Shown here piece by piece: positions 1 through 13,007 of a stretch of 64,000 nucleotides of DNA. A program made the translations under genes and the position numbers. The stretch's first letter is position 1. Every line of letters starts with the position of its first letter. Source of the DNA: an uncultured Deinococcaceae bacterium. GTDB lineage: Bacteria; Deinococcota; Deinococci; Deinococcales; Deinococcaceae. The stretch lies in contig CAXULY010000001.1 of the NCBI GenBank assembly GCA_964252075.1, positions 215,787 through 279,786 of the forward strand, written 5' to 3'. The notes beneath the pieces are model-generated. The model made no database searches. It saw nothing but the letters and a program-made list of their open reading frames with translations, and had not been told where the DNA came from.

Positions 1-592
1 TGTCCCGCCACGCCTCCAGGTCAATGTCTGGCGGGGGGGTGGGCGCGCGCGGCGTCTGGCGTTCGATCAGGCGGATGCCGCCCACGTCCCCCACGAAGAG
101 GTCGTCGCCCACCCTGTACGCGAGGTGGTGAATGGCGTGCCCAGGCGTGTAGATGGGGCGCACCTCCACGCCACCCAGGTCCAGCGTCTCGCCGCCCTCC
201 AGGGCAACCAGCTGGGGTTCGGGCACCGGGCGCATCTCGCCCCACAGGCGGTCCATGTGCTCGCCGTAGATCTGCCCGGCGCTCGCGAGGAGCCGCTCGG
301 GGTTCGCGAGGTGGCGCACACCGCGCGCGTGCACGTACACCCGCGCGCCCGTGCGCGCCGCGATGAGGCCCGCCGCGCCCGCGTGGTCGAGGTGCACGTG
401 CGTGAGCAGCAGGTGCCTCACGTCCGCAAGGTCATACCCAAGTGTCCGCAGACCTGCCTCGAGCGCGGGCAGGGTGCTGGTGGGGCCCACGTCCACCAGC
501 GCGAGGCCATCCGCCGCGCGCAGCACGTACACGGCGATCACGCCCGGCACGCCCTGGAAGTGCAGGTCAATGGTGCGCGGTGCGGGGGCCAT
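1..592 (-). CDS. MBL-fold metallo-hydrolase (3' end runs off the window)
   Basis: Manual translation MAPAPRTIDLHFQG...LLTHVHLDHAG (HxHxDH)...TPGHAIHH...GDVGG; ATG overlaps the upstream TGA (TGATG). Confidence 0.88.
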   Translation of the reverse strand, partial: MAPAPRTIDLHFQGVPGVIAVYVLRAADGLALVDVGPTSTLPALEAGLRTLGYDLADVRHLLLTHVHLDHAGAAGLIAARTGARVYVHARGVRHLANPERLLASAGQIYGEHMDRLWGEMRPVPEPQLVALEGGETLDLGGVEVRPIYTPGHAIHHLAYRVGDDLFVGDVGGIRLIERQTPRAPTPPPDIDLEAWRD

Positions 593-765
593 CAGGCGCG
601 GCCCATCAGGCGGGCGCCCGCGAGCAGCAGCGCCAGCAGGAACTGCACGAGCGCCACGGTGCGCAGGGCGTTCGCCTGCGGCGCGACCTTCAGCGGCCCC
701 CACGCGAGCATCGCCACGAAACTGGCGGAGAGGAGAATCAGCACGACAAAGACCCACAGCCACAT
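592..765 (-). CDS. Small 57-aa two-TM membrane protein
   Basis: MWLWVFVVLILSSASFVAMLAWGPLK...FLLALLLAGARLMGRA; stop coupled to the MBL start; below the ORF-track cutoff. Confidence 0.7.
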   Translation of the reverse strand: MWLWVFVVLILLSASFVAMLAWGPLKVAPQANALRTVALVQFLLALLLAGARLMGRA

Positions 766-788
766 GCGCCGAGTCTACCGTGCGTGCG

Positions 789-1136
789 CTAGTCGCGCGG
801 GCGGGCGGACAGCGCGACCAGCGCGTCGTAATCGTCCGGCTGGTCGGGGTCGTCGAGGGCGGCCTTGTTGCGCCCCACGAAGCCGCAGCGGGCGCAGCGG
901 TGCACGATCATCCAGCCTTTCTTCGGGTGGCTCTCCACGCCGACCGGCACGAGCAAGCCGTGGCAGTCGCTCGCGCGGTCGCCGGGGAACACGTCGAGGT
1001 GCAGGCTGTGCAGGCATGCGGGGCAGTGGTTGCGCACGCTGCCGTTGCGCAGCGGCTGCACCTCCACGCCGCAGTGCGCGCAGGTGAAGGCCGTGTTGGT
1101 GCCCTGAACGGTGAAACGCCGCGTCACATGAGGCAT
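789..1136 (-). CDS. RNHCP-domain zinc-binding protein
   Basis: FTCAHCG...RNHCPACLHSLH...GDRASDCHG...HRCARCG. Confidence 0.9.
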   Translation of the reverse strand: MPHVTRRFTVQGTNTAFTCAHCGVEVQPLRNGSVRNHCPACLHSLHLDVFPGDRASDCHGLLVPVGVESHPKKGWMIVHRCARCGFVGRNKAALDDPDQPDDYDALVALSARPRD

Positions 1137-1177
1137 TGGAGCATAAGTGGCGCGGCGCGATGGGAAGCTGCGTCCGG

Positions 1178-2032
1178 TTAAGTGAGGCGCACCTCGGCCC
1201 GCCGCTCGCGGCGCACCCAGGTGGTGATGGTGTCCGGCACGCGCAGGTCCGGGTGCCCGGCGAGGCGCGTGAGGGCGGCGTGGTCATCGCTCAGGAGGGC
1301 GTCCGCAACCTCATCCACGAGGGCGAACTGCGCGTCCGTCAGGTCCGCGAGGGGCGTGCCGATGAGGCCCCAGTCGTCCCACAGCAGCAGTTCCCAGCCG
1401 GTCAGGGCCGCGAGTTCGCGGATCACGTAGGCGCGCACGAGGCCCGGGCCGCGCAGGAAATCTGGCGCGTCCGGCGCCACGCCGTACGTGGTGGCGTCCG
1501 TGCGGCCCGCCCGGTACGCGCGCCACACCTGCGCGGCGGTCTCGAAGACGCCTTCCGGCAGGTCGAGCGGATTGAACGGGAAGTGCGCGGGGTCCAGCTC
1601 CGGGTCCACGCGCACCCAGCGCTCGCCCGACCAGAACTCGGCGATCACGTGGTCGTGCTGGAAGTCCGGCCGGAAGTAATGCGCGAAGCCCACGCGGCTG
1701 CGGGCGGGCACCCCGTGCTCGCGCAGCGCCGCGACGAACAGCAGGGCGTCGTCGCGGCAGCAGCCCACGAAGCGCTCCTCCAGGGGGCGGTCCTGCGTGA
1801 GGGGCGCGCGCCGCCCCGCGTGCAGCTGAGCGAGGATGTCCGCGATCCAGCGCGTGTCGGGTTCCCCCAGGCGGTCGTCCGGGATGCCGGGCGTCGCGCG
1901 GTAGTGCGCGGTGAGGCGGCGGATGGTCGCGCTGAGTTCCGCGGGGTCCGTCGGGTAGGCGCGCAGGGCGCCGGCCATGCGGCCGGGGTTCGTGATGCGG
2001 GTGTGGCGCGCGTACGCGTGGGGGTCAGTCAT
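1178..2032 (-). CDS. Transglutaminase-like domain protein
   Basis: VGCCRDDALL...GVPARSRVGFA...DHVIAEFW...WVRVDPE (Cys-His-Asp triad); start overlaps the MerR stop. Confidence 0.85.
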   Translation of the reverse strand: MTDPHAYARHTRITNPGRMAGALRAYPTDPAELSATIRRLTAHYRATPGIPDDRLGEPDTRWIADILAQLHAGRRAPLTQDRPLEERFVGCCRDDALLFVAALREHGVPARSRVGFAHYFRPDFQHDHVIAEFWSGERWVRVDPELDPAHFPFNPLDLPEGVFETAAQVWRAYRAGRTDATTYGVAPDAPDFLRGPGLVRAYVIRELAALTGWELLLWDDWGLIGTPLADLTDAQFALVDEVADALLSDDHAALTRLAGHPDLRVPDTITTWVRRERRAEVRLT

Positions 2033-2879
2033 GATGCGCCTCCGGGAGGTCCGTGATGGGGTACGCGATGTGGCAGAAGGGGTCGTCCGGCGCGAGGCCC
2101 TGGGGCGGGCGCCAGTACACCTCGCGCGGGGAGAGTGGGCACGTGAGGTGGCGCTCCCGGATGGCCGCCGCGACCGCGTCATACGCCTCCAGGATGTCCG
2201 GGAAGCGCGTCTGCGCGAGGCTGGTGGTGGCGTAGAGTTCCCGCCGGGCGGGTTCCTCGCGCGCGCGGATGTCCCCGCTGGTCCGCAGGGCGCCGCCCTC
2301 GAAGGGCACCGCCACCTCGACGGGGCCGTCGTTCTCGTGGTCCACCCGGCCGTGGAAGATCACGTAGTGCTCGGGGCCAGGCGTCAGGGACTGCCCGGCC
2401 AGCGCGTCGTACAGGCGCCCAACAGCCTCCATGGTGAAGGGCACCAGATCGGGTACCTGCACCCGCCGCTCGATGGTGGCGAGTTGCTGGGCGGGCATGA
2501 GGCGCTCCTGAATGGCGTACTCGGTCATGGTTTCCCCCGTGAGGAGCCGCTCGATGTGCGGCATGAGTGCGGCCTGCTCGCGGTGCAGGCGCTCGCGCTG
2601 CGCCCAGAGCAGGCGCAGGCGCAGGGCCGCCGCCCGGCCCTGCAGCTCCAGCAGGTCGCGGATGTCCGCGAGCGGCAGGTCCAGGCGCCGCAGCAGCGCG
2701 ATGCGCTCCGCGCGCTGCACCTGCGCCGGGTGGTAGGAGCGGTAGCCGCTCGCGGGGTCCACGCGGGCGGGCGCGAGGAGGCCCAGGTCGTCGTACAGGC
2801 GCAGCGCCTTAAGGCTCAGGCGGGTGAGGCGCGCGAAGGCGCCGATGGAGAGGAGGTGGTCCGTGCTGGTCTCGGTCAT
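2025..2879 (-). CDS. MerR-family regulator with C-terminal GyrI-like effector domain
   Basis: LSIGAFARLTRLSLKALRLYDDLGLL.PA.VDP.SGYRSY; C-terminal PREVY motif. Confidence 0.9.
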   Translation of the reverse strand: MTETSTDHLLSIGAFARLTRLSLKALRLYDDLGLLAPARVDPASGYRSYHPAQVQRAERIALLRRLDLPLADIRDLLELQGRAAALRLRLLWAQRERLHREQAALMPHIERLLTGETMTEYAIQERLMPAQQLATIERRVQVPDLVPFTMEAVGRLYDALAGQSLTPGPEHYVIFHGRVDHENDGPVEVAVPFEGGALRTSGDIRAREEPARRELYATTSLAQTRFPDILEAYDAVAAAIRERHLTCPLSPREVYWRPPQGLAPDDPFCHIAYPITDLPEAHHD

Positions 2880-2887
2880 GCGTCCCC

Positions 2888-2928
2888 GGGTGAGGTCAGT
2901 GTGGGACCTCACCCTGGGGGAGGGTCAA
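2888..2928 (-). promoter_or_regulatory. MerR-type promoter/operator with 19-bp spacer
   Basis: Minus strand TTGACC (2928-2923), 19 nt, CACACT (2903-2898); spacer carries the dyad CCTCCCCC-A-GGGTGAGG. Confidence 0.75.
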
Positions 2929-2933
2929 GCGCT

Positions 2934-4097
2934 TCAGCCCCTGGCGTTCAGGACGAACAGCGTGTCCTGGCGGCGCGAGAGCCACTCCAGGCCGCCTTCG
3001 CGCACCACCACGTCCTCCTCCAGGCCCACGAAGCCGTACCCCTCCACGAAGGTCCCGAGTTCCATGGTGTACACCTCCCCCACCTGCACGCGGCCCTCGG
3101 GGAGGGGCCCGTAGCGCGGCCAGCGCGGGCCGAGCAGCGTGCCGCCGTCGTGCGTGGCGCGGCCCAGGCCGTGCCCGAGCGCGTGCAGGTACTCCGGGTA
3201 CCCGGCGGCGGTGAGGCTCGCGCGGGCGGCGGCGTCCACCTCGTGGCCCGCCACGCCGGGCTTCAGGGCCTGCGCGCCCGCCTCGATGGCGCTCCAGCAC
3301 GCCATGAAGGCCGCCTGCACCACCTCCGGCACGCCCTCGCCGGGCCGCGGGAGGAACGCGGTGCGCTGGATGTCCGAGCAGTACCCGTGTGGGAGGCGCA
3401 CGCCGTAATCGATGTGCAGCAACATGCCGGGCGCGAGCGCGCGCTCGCCGGGCGGCGCGTGCGAGGGCCGACCGTGCGGGCCGATGTGCACGTTCGGGCA
3501 GGCCGCCCAGCCCCAGGAGGGCTCCACGCCCGCCTCGCGGCACAGGGCGTGCAGGAAGTCCGCGACCTGCCGCTCGGTCCAGCCGGGGCGCACGGTGCCG
3601 CGCAGGGACGCGAGGTGGTCCTCGGCGAGCGAGACGGCCTCGCGCACGGCGGCGTGCTCGGTGGGCGTCTTCACGGAGCGCAGGGCGCCCAGATGCGCGG
3701 CGGCGCTGTGCAGTTCGGTGCCGGGCAGCAGGTCCTGCAGACGCAGGTACAGGCCGTGCGTGAGGCCGTCCGCGAGGGGATCGTCGGGCGCGTAATCCAC
3801 CAGCACGCGCGTGGGGTTCAGGCGCGCCACCTCGCCCGTCAGGAGCGCGCGCACGTCCTGGTCGTAGGGCCGGACCGTCCAGCCGCCCGGGACGGCGTCC
3901 GCGTCGAAGCGGCCAAGGATCGCGACCGCGTCGTCGCGCGTCACGAGGAAGAAGGCCTCCCACGTCACGTCCAGCCCCGCGACGAGGTGCAGGCCCGGCT
4001 CGGGGCGCTCCCCGGACTCGCGGGCGGCGATGAGCCACAGGTCGCCGGGCGCGAGGGCCGCCTGCGCCTGCGCCAGCTTCTCGGCGTGCAGGGTCAT
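2934..4097 (-). CDS. M24-family Xaa-Pro aminopeptidase
   Basis: IDYG...YCSDIQRT, HALGHGLG..HD, YTMELG, LEEDV metal-ligand motifs. Confidence 0.9.
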   Translation of the reverse strand: MTLHAEKLAQAQAALAPGDLWLIAARESGERPEPGLHLVAGLDVTWEAFFLVTRDDAVAILGRFDADAVPGGWTVRPYDQDVRALLTGEVARLNPTRVLVDYAPDDPLADGLTHGLYLRLQDLLPGTELHSAAAHLGALRSVKTPTEHAAVREAVSLAEDHLASLRGTVRPGWTERQVADFLHALCREAGVEPSWGWAACPNVHIGPHGRPSHAPPGERALAPGMLLHIDYGVRLPHGYCSDIQRTAFLPRPGEGVPEVVQAAFMACWSAIEAGAQALKPGVAGHEVDAAARASLTAAGYPEYLHALGHGLGRATHDGGTLLGPRWPRYGPLPEGRVQVGEVYTMELGTFVEGYGFVGLEEDVVVREGGLEWLSRRQDTLFVLNARG

Positions 4098-4173
4098 GCC
4101 GCCATCATAGGGGCCAAGAAACGCTCAAGCCGCTCCGCTGACAGGCGGCAGGGGGAATGTGCAGCATGGGCGT

Positions 4174-4374
4174 ATGCCTTACCGCCTCACGATGGAAGTG
4201 CAGAACGAAACGGCCGTGGAGCGCTTCGCGCAGGACTTCGACAGCGTCGAGGACGCGCGCGCCTACGCCGAGCAGCAGGTGAACGGCGACATCTTCTGGA
4301 CGGAGCGCGACACGCACTTCGACGGCCTCGCGCCCGGGTACGCCATCCGCATCGAGGAGACCGCCGCGGAGTAA
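4174..4374 (+). CDS. Small acidic hypothetical protein
   Basis: MPYRLTMEVQNETAVERFAQDF...; normal high-GC codon usage; fills the gap between genes. Confidence 0.7.
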   Translation: MPYRLTMEVQNETAVERFAQDFDSVEDARAYAEQQVNGDIFWTERDTHFDGLAPGYAIRIEETAAE

Positions 4375-4384
4375 GGCGCGGCCC

Positions 4385-4663
4385 TCACAGGAACTGCTTC
4401 GCGAAGAACACCACGACCAGCCCCAGGAGCGCCGCGAGGGCCGCGACGCCCAGGCGGCGGTCACGCCGCCAGCCCGCCACCATCACGTACAGCGCCGCGA
4501 GGACCGGCACCAGCATCACCCAGCCCACCCCGATGAGCGCCAGGGGCGGCCACAGCACGCTCACGAGCAGCAGCCCGAGCGCCACCCAGAAGCCCGCCGG
4601 GTACAGCCACGCGGGCAGGCCCGCCTGCTCGCCCTCGGGCGCGGCGTTCGGTGGGCGGCTCAC
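4385..4663 (-). CDS. Small membrane protein, probable partner of the TSUP transporter
   Basis: Three hydrophobic segments; GTG overlaps the TSUP stop (GTGA). Confidence 0.7.
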   Translation of the reverse strand: MSRPPNAAPEGEQAGLPAWLYPAGFWVALGLLLVSVLWPPLALIGVGWVMLVPVLAALYVMVAGWRRDRRLGVAALAALLGLVVVFFAKQFL

Positions 4664-5415
4664 GCGGGCCACCAGTACTTGTACAGCAGCTGCAGCGCCG
4701 TGAACACCAGCAGCAGCGAGAAGAACAGCTTCAGGCCGTGCGCGGGGATGCGGCTCTGCAGGTTCGCGCCCGCCCGCGCGCCCACCAGCACGCCCAGCGC
4801 GACGCCCGCCGCGAGGCGGAAGTCCAGCAACCCGCCCGCCTGGTACACCAGGGCGTTCGCGACGGCGGTGAGGCCCATGATGAAGGTGCTCGTCGCGATG
4901 GCCTGACGGATGGGCACGCCGCCCAGCAGGTTCAGGACGGGAACCTGCACGGTGCCGCCCCCAATGCCGAGCAGGCCCGACATGACGCCCGCGAAGGTCA
5001 TGGCGGGCGGCACGAGGCGGCTCGGCTCGCGTGCCTGTTCCTCGCGCCGAAGGCCGCGCAGCAGGCTGTACGCGCTGTACAGCAGCAGCAGCGCGAACAC
5101 CGTAGCGACGACCTTGCCGGGCAGCACGAGGCCCAGGTAACTGCCCAAGGCGCCGCCCACGATGGTGTAGGGGCTCAGCAGGTACCCGGTGCGGGCGCGC
5201 ACGAGGCCCAGGCGCAGGTAACTCGCGGCGCCGCTCAGGCCCACCGCGAGCACCCCGATCTGGCTGATGGCGACGGCCTGCTGGATGCTGAGCGTGTGCC
5301 CGAACAGCGGCGCCACCCACTCCAGCGCCGGCACCACCACCACCCCGCCCCCCAGGCCCAGGATGGCGCCCAGCACGCCGGCCAGCAGGCCGACGGCAAT
5401 CACCGCGAAGATCAT
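4660..5415 (-). CDS. TSUP (TauE/SafE) family transporter
   Basis: Duplicated GLGGG..VP / GIGGG..VP motifs; multi-TM. Confidence 0.88.
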   Translation of the reverse strand: MIFAVIAVGLLAGVLGAILGLGGGVVVVPALEWVAPLFGHTLSIQQAVAISQIGVLAVGLSGAASYLRLGLVRARTGYLLSPYTIVGGALGSYLGLVLPGKVVATVFALLLLYSAYSLLRGLRREEQAREPSRLVPPAMTFAGVMSGLLGIGGGTVQVPVLNLLGGVPIRQAIATSTFIMGLTAVANALVYQAGGLLDFRLAAGVALGVLVGARAGANLQSRIPAHGLKLFFSLLLVFTALQLLYKYWWPA

Positions 5416-5453
5416 GGCGGTCAGGCTAGCACGCGGCCCGCCGCCCGCACCGC

Positions 5454-6212
<759 letters not shown>

Positions 6213-6389
6213 GCAGGAAGTGTACCTGCCCGGGAGGCGCGAACGGCGCGCGCCGACCCGCCAGGCACCGCGACGTCCCCGCGATGGCCTGGCACGCAGG
6301 CGCGCGGGCCGGGCCTTTCTGCAGCCCGGCGGCCTGTGCCCGTGGCCCTCGCCCGCGCGCCGCCTCCCCCGGCGCTACAATGCCGCGAG

Positions 6390-7814
<1,425 letters not shown>

Positions 7815-7908
7815 CCCCTGTCACCATTCGGGTAACGACCGGCAATTCCGCCCTGCGCGCCCATGTGCGCGTGGGGCGCTCTGATAAACTCAGCCTACAG
7901 GAGCGACT

Positions 7909-9042
<1,134 letters not shown>

Positions 9043-9057
9043 ACGGCGTTCAGCTGC

Positions 9058-9091
9058 GCGGGCGAAGCCCTGTGCTTCGCCCGCCTTTTTT
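9058..9091 (+). terminator. Intrinsic terminator after citrate synthase
   Basis: GCGGGCGAAGC-cctgt-GCTTCGCCCGC followed by CTTTTTT. Confidence 0.8.
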
Positions 9092-9170
9092 GCGCTGCTG
9101 GAGCGCGTCGGCGCTCACCGGCGCGACTGTAAGACGTGTGTGAGGACGCGCTGCCTAAGCTGGCGGCGTC

Positions 9171-10637
9171 ATGCAGCGCTCCCCAGCCCGCGCCCTTCGC
9201 GCCGCAGCCGTCTTGAGTGCGCTGCCACTGCTGGTGTACCTCGCCCTGCGCCTGCTGCCCGCCCTGGACCCCGTGGCGTACCTGGAACCACTTCACTTCG
9301 TGGTGGGCTGCCTGCTCGCGGTGATGGGCAGCGTGATCGGCGTGGCGGTCGCGGTGGCGGGCGGGCGCCTGCGCAACCTGCAGGTGGTGCTGCTCGCGCT
9401 GTCCTTCGTGTCACTCGGCCTGCTGCAGGCGGTGCATGGCTTCGCCACGCCGGGCGTCGTCATGCCCGACGATCACGCGATGATGCAGGACGGCAGCATG
9501 CGGCTGCTGCCCGTCACCGCGCAACTGAGCGTGCTGCTCGCGGCGGTGTGGCTGTGGCTGTCGTCGCTGCCGTCGTGGCACCCCGTGGTGCGGCCCCTGG
9601 CACGGCACGAGCGGCCGCTGCCCTTCGTCTGGACGGCGCTGCTGCTGCTGCTGGACGCGGCGCTGCTGTGGCGCCCCACGCTCGTCGCGTACCTGCCGGT
9701 GGACAGCGTGCCGCTGCGGTACGTCGTGGCGGCCCTCACCTTCGCGCTGGTTGGGGTGACGGTCCACCATTACGCCCGCAGTTACCGGTACGCGCGCCTG
9801 CCCCTGCAGCTCAGCACGGTGTACGGCGCCCTGTGGCTGGCGGGCGCGCAGCTGGTCCTGTCGACGGCGCCGCTGTGGCACCTGTCGTGGTGGCTTTACC
9901 ACGCCCTGCTGTACGCGGGCGTCGGCGCGGGCGTGGTGGGCCTGCTGCGGCAGTACAGCCAGGGCGAACGCCTCAGCACGGCGGTGCTGGGCCTCTGGAA
10001 CCGCGACGCGGACGCCCTCCTGCACTCCGGCATCTCGGCGGGCGTGCGGGACCTCGTGGGCACCCTGGAAGTGCACGACCCGTACACCGCCGGGCACAGT
10101 TACCGCGTGGCGCGCGAGGCGGTGCGGCTGGGCCGCGCGGCGGGCTGCTCGCCCGAGGACCTGCGCGCGCTCGCGCAGGGTGGGCTCGTGCACGACCTGG
10201 GGAAGCTGGAGGTGCCGCGCGACCTGCTGAGCAAGGACGCGGCGCTGGACGCCGACGAGCGCGCGGCGGTGGAGCGCCACCCGGCGCGCGGGCACGCGAC
10301 CTGCCAGGCGCTCGGCTTCCTGCCCGCGGAACTGTCGGTGGTGCGGCACCACCACGAACGCTGGGATGGCGGGGGCTACCCGGACCGCCTGGCGGGCGAG
10401 CGCATTCCGCGCCTGGCGCGCATCGTGGCGATTGCCGACGTGTACGACGCCCTCACGAGTGACCGCGCCTACCGCAGCGCCTGGTCGCACGGGCGGGCGC
10501 GTGGGTTCATTCAGGCGGAGGCGGGGCGGCACTTCGACCCGGAACTCGTGCGGGTGTGGCTGGACCTGCCCGGCCCGGAAGGGCGTGAGGACGTGCCCGC
10601 ACGCCCCCTGGAGCACCCCACTCTGCTGACCCAGTGA
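9171..10637 (+). CDS. Membrane-anchored HD-GYP phosphodiesterase
   Basis: About 8 N-terminal TM segments; DPYTAGHS, HDLGK, HHERWDGGGYP, ADVYDALTSDRAYR. Confidence 0.9.
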   Translation: MQRSPARALRAAAVLSALPLLVYLALRLLPALDPVAYLEPLHFVVGCLLAVMGSVIGVAVAVAGGRLRNLQVVLLALSFVSLGLLQAVHGFATPGVVMPDDHAMMQDGSMRLLPVTAQLSVLLAAVWLWLSSLPSWHPVVRPLARHERPLPFVWTALLLLLDAALLWRPTLVAYLPVDSVPLRYVVAALTFALVGVTVHHYARSYRYARLPLQLSTVYGALWLAGAQLVLSTAPLWHLSWWLYHALLYAGVGAGVVGLLRQYSQGERLSTAVLGLWNRDADALLHSGISAGVRDLVGTLEVHDPYTAGHSYRVAREAVRLGRAAGCSPEDLRALAQGGLVHDLGKLEVPRDLLSKDAALDADERAAVERHPARGHATCQALGFLPAELSVVRHHHERWDGGGYPDRLAGERIPRLARIVAIADVYDALTSDRAYRSAWSHGRARGFIQAEAGRHFDPELVRVWLDLPGPEGREDVPARPLEHPTLLTQ

Positions 10638-10685
10638 GCGGCGTGGCGCGGGGGGCGCGCGCAGCGCGTCCACTACACTGACGGC

Positions 10686-11738
10686 GTGGCCCCCAGAATC
10701 AAGGATGTGGCGCGGGTGGCGGGCGTGAGTGCGGCGACCGTCTCCAAGGTGCTGTCGGGCGCCACTGCCGGCTACCAGGTGAACGCCGTGACGGCGGAAC
10801 GGGTGCGGCGCGCGGCGCGCGAGCTGGGCTACGTGCCGAACGCGGCAGCGCGCGGCCTCCGCACGCGCCACACCGGTCAGCTGGGCGTGGTGCTGGACGA
10901 GGTGGGCGCCTCCGCGCCGGGCCTGGACGTGACGCGCGGGCCGCTGCAGCTCACGGCGCCCGCGCTGGTGCGGCGCACCTTCGACGGCGCGATCTTCGCG
11001 GGGCTCAGTGACGCGGCGCGCCGCGAGAACGTGCGGGCGCTGCTGGTGTACCCGCAGTCGGGCACGGAGGGCCCGGAGCGGTTCCTCGACGGGCGCATCG
11101 AGGGCCTGCTGGTGGGATGCGATCCGCTGCGCGGGCACCACCTGATTCACCAGCTGGACCCCGCGCGCCTGCCCGTGCTGGCCCTGTGGACGCAGGCGGC
11201 GCCCGACGGGGTGGGCTGGGCAGACGTGGATCACCGGGGTGGCGGGGCGCTCGCGGTGGCGCACCTGTGGTCGCTCGGGCACCGGCGCATCGCGTTTTTC
11301 GGTTCGGGCGCCGCGGGCGCCGTGGAGCACTTCCGCCTGCGGCACCAGGGGTACCTGGACGCCCTCGCGGAGCGGGGGGTGGCGCCGCTGGCGGCGTGGC
11401 ACGTGCGGGATGCCGACAGCCTGCTGTCGGCGGTGCGGGCCCGGGAGGTCACGGCGGTGTTCGCGGAGAGCGACATGGAGGCGGCGGCGGCCCTGCAGGT
11501 GCTGGGCGCGGCGAACCTGGAGGTGCCGGGGGACGTGTCGGTGGTGGGTTTCGATGACGTGTACGGCGCGGAGTTCATCGGGCGTGGGCTCACGACGGTG
11601 TACCACCCCGCGGCGGAGATGGCGGCGGCGGGGGTATCGGGCCTCATGCGGCTGCTGGCCGGGGAGCACGCCGAGGCGTGCCGCGTGCTGGTGCCGACAC
11701 GGCTGGTGGTGCGCGGCACGACCGCCGCGCCAGACTGA
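10686..11738 (+). CDS. LacI-family regulator, probable xylose repressor
   Basis: IKDVARVAGVSAATVSKVL HTH, YVPNAAARGL, VPGDVSVVGFDD; adjacent to xylAB. Confidence 0.9.
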   Translation: MAPRIKDVARVAGVSAATVSKVLSGATAGYQVNAVTAERVRRAARELGYVPNAAARGLRTRHTGQLGVVLDEVGASAPGLDVTRGPLQLTAPALVRRTFDGAIFAGLSDAARRENVRALLVYPQSGTEGPERFLDGRIEGLLVGCDPLRGHHLIHQLDPARLPVLALWTQAAPDGVGWADVDHRGGGALAVAHLWSLGHRRIAFFGSGAAGAVEHFRLRHQGYLDALAERGVAPLAAWHVRDADSLLSAVRAREVTAVFAESDMEAAAALQVLGAANLEVPGDVSVVGFDDVYGAEFIGRGLTTVYHPAAEMAAAGVSGLMRLLAGEHAEACRVLVPTRLVVRGTTAAPD

Positions 11739-11746
11739 GCTGGGTC

Positions 11747-11795
11747 TTGCAGTGGGCGCCCGGATGGGTATACTCAAGCCAACGAAATCGATTTC
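11747..11795 (+). promoter_or_regulatory. xylAB promoter and LacI-type operator
   Basis: TTGCAG (11747), 16 nt, TATACT (11769); perfect palindrome GAAATCGATTTC at 11784-11795 with central CG. Confidence 0.75.
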
Positions 11796-11840
11796 CATTC
11801 AGGGCGGCCCGTGCAGAGCGGGCGCGCGTCAGGAGTGCAT

Positions 11841-13007
11841 ATGGCAGAATTCACCCCCACCGCAGCGGATAAATTCACCTTCGGGCTGTGGACGGTCGGC
11901 GCCACCGGCCGCGACCCCTTCGGCGAACCCACCCGCGCCCCCATGAGCGCCCCGTACATCGTGGAGAAACTCGCGCAGCTCGGCGCGTACGGCGTGAACC
12001 TGCACGACAACGACCTCGTGCCCATTGACGCCAGCGCGCAGGAACGCGACCGCCTCGTCGCGGACTTCAAGCGGGCCCTCAGCGACCACGGCCTCGTCGT
12101 GCCCATGGCGACCACCAACCTGTTCGGCGACCCCGCCTTCAAGGACGGCGCCTTCACCAGCGCCGACGCCCGCGTGCGCGCCTACGCCCTGCAGAAAACC
12201 ATGCGCAGCATGGACCTCGGCGCGGAACTCGGCGCGCAGACCTACGTGTTCTGGGGAGGCCGCGAGGGCACCGAGGTGGACGCCAGCAACAAGCTCCTCG
12301 ACGCCCTCGCGTGGTTCCGCGACAGCCTGAACTTCCTCGCGGACTACTCCGAAAGCCAGGGGTACAGTTACCGCTTCGCGCTGGAACCCAAACCGAACGA
12401 ACCGCGCGGCGACATCTTCTTCCCCACCGCGGGCAGCATGCTGGGCTTCATCGCGACCCTGGAGCGCCCCGAGCGGTTCGGCGTGAACCCGGAGTTCGCG
12501 CACGACACCATGGCGGGCCTGAACTTCGCGCACGCCGTCGCGCAGATCATCGACGCGGGCAAGCTCTTCCACATCGACCTGAACGACCAGAAGATGGGGC
12601 GCTTCGATCAGGACCTGCGCTTCGGCGCGGAGAACCTGAAGACCGCGTTCTTCCTGGTGAAGCTGCTGGAAGACACCCGCTACGACGGCTCGAAGCACTT
12701 CGACGCGCACGCGCTGCGCACCGAGGACGAGGCGGGCGTGTGGGCCTTCGCGCGCGGCTGCATGCGCACGTACCTGATCCTGCGGGAGAAGGCGCGGCAG
12801 TTCAACGAGGACGCGGACATCCAGGCGGCCCTCGCGGCGTACCGCGTGGAGGACGCGGAACTCTCCGACCTCATGCGCGACTTCACGCCGCAGAAGGCGC
12901 AGGCCCTGAAGGACCGCAGCTTCGATCGCGCGGCCCTCGGCCAGCGCGGGCCCGGCCTGGAGCAGCTGGATCAACTGACGGTGGAGTTGCTGCTCGGGGT
13001 GCGCTGA
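11841..13007 (+). CDS. xylA: Xylose isomerase (class I, short type)
   Basis: [47 protein letters not shown]. Confidence 0.96.
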   Translation: MAEFTPTAADKFTFGLWTVGATGRDPFGEPTRAPMSAPYIVEKLAQLGAYGVNLHDNDLVPIDASAQERDRLVADFKRALSDHGLVVPMATTNLFGDPAFKDGAFTSADARVRAYALQKTMRSMDLGAELGAQTYVFWGGREGTEVDASNKLLDALAWFRDSLNFLADYSESQGYSYRFALEPKPNEPRGDIFFPTAGSMLGFIATLERPERFGVNPEFAHDTMAGLNFAHAVAQIIDAGKLFHIDLNDQKMGRFDQDLRFGAENLKTAFFLVKLLEDTRYDGSKHFDAHALRTEDEAGVWAFARGCMRTYLILREKARQFNEDADIQAALAAYRVEDAELSDLMRDFTPQKAQALKDRSFDRAALGQRGPGLEQLDQLTVELLLGVR

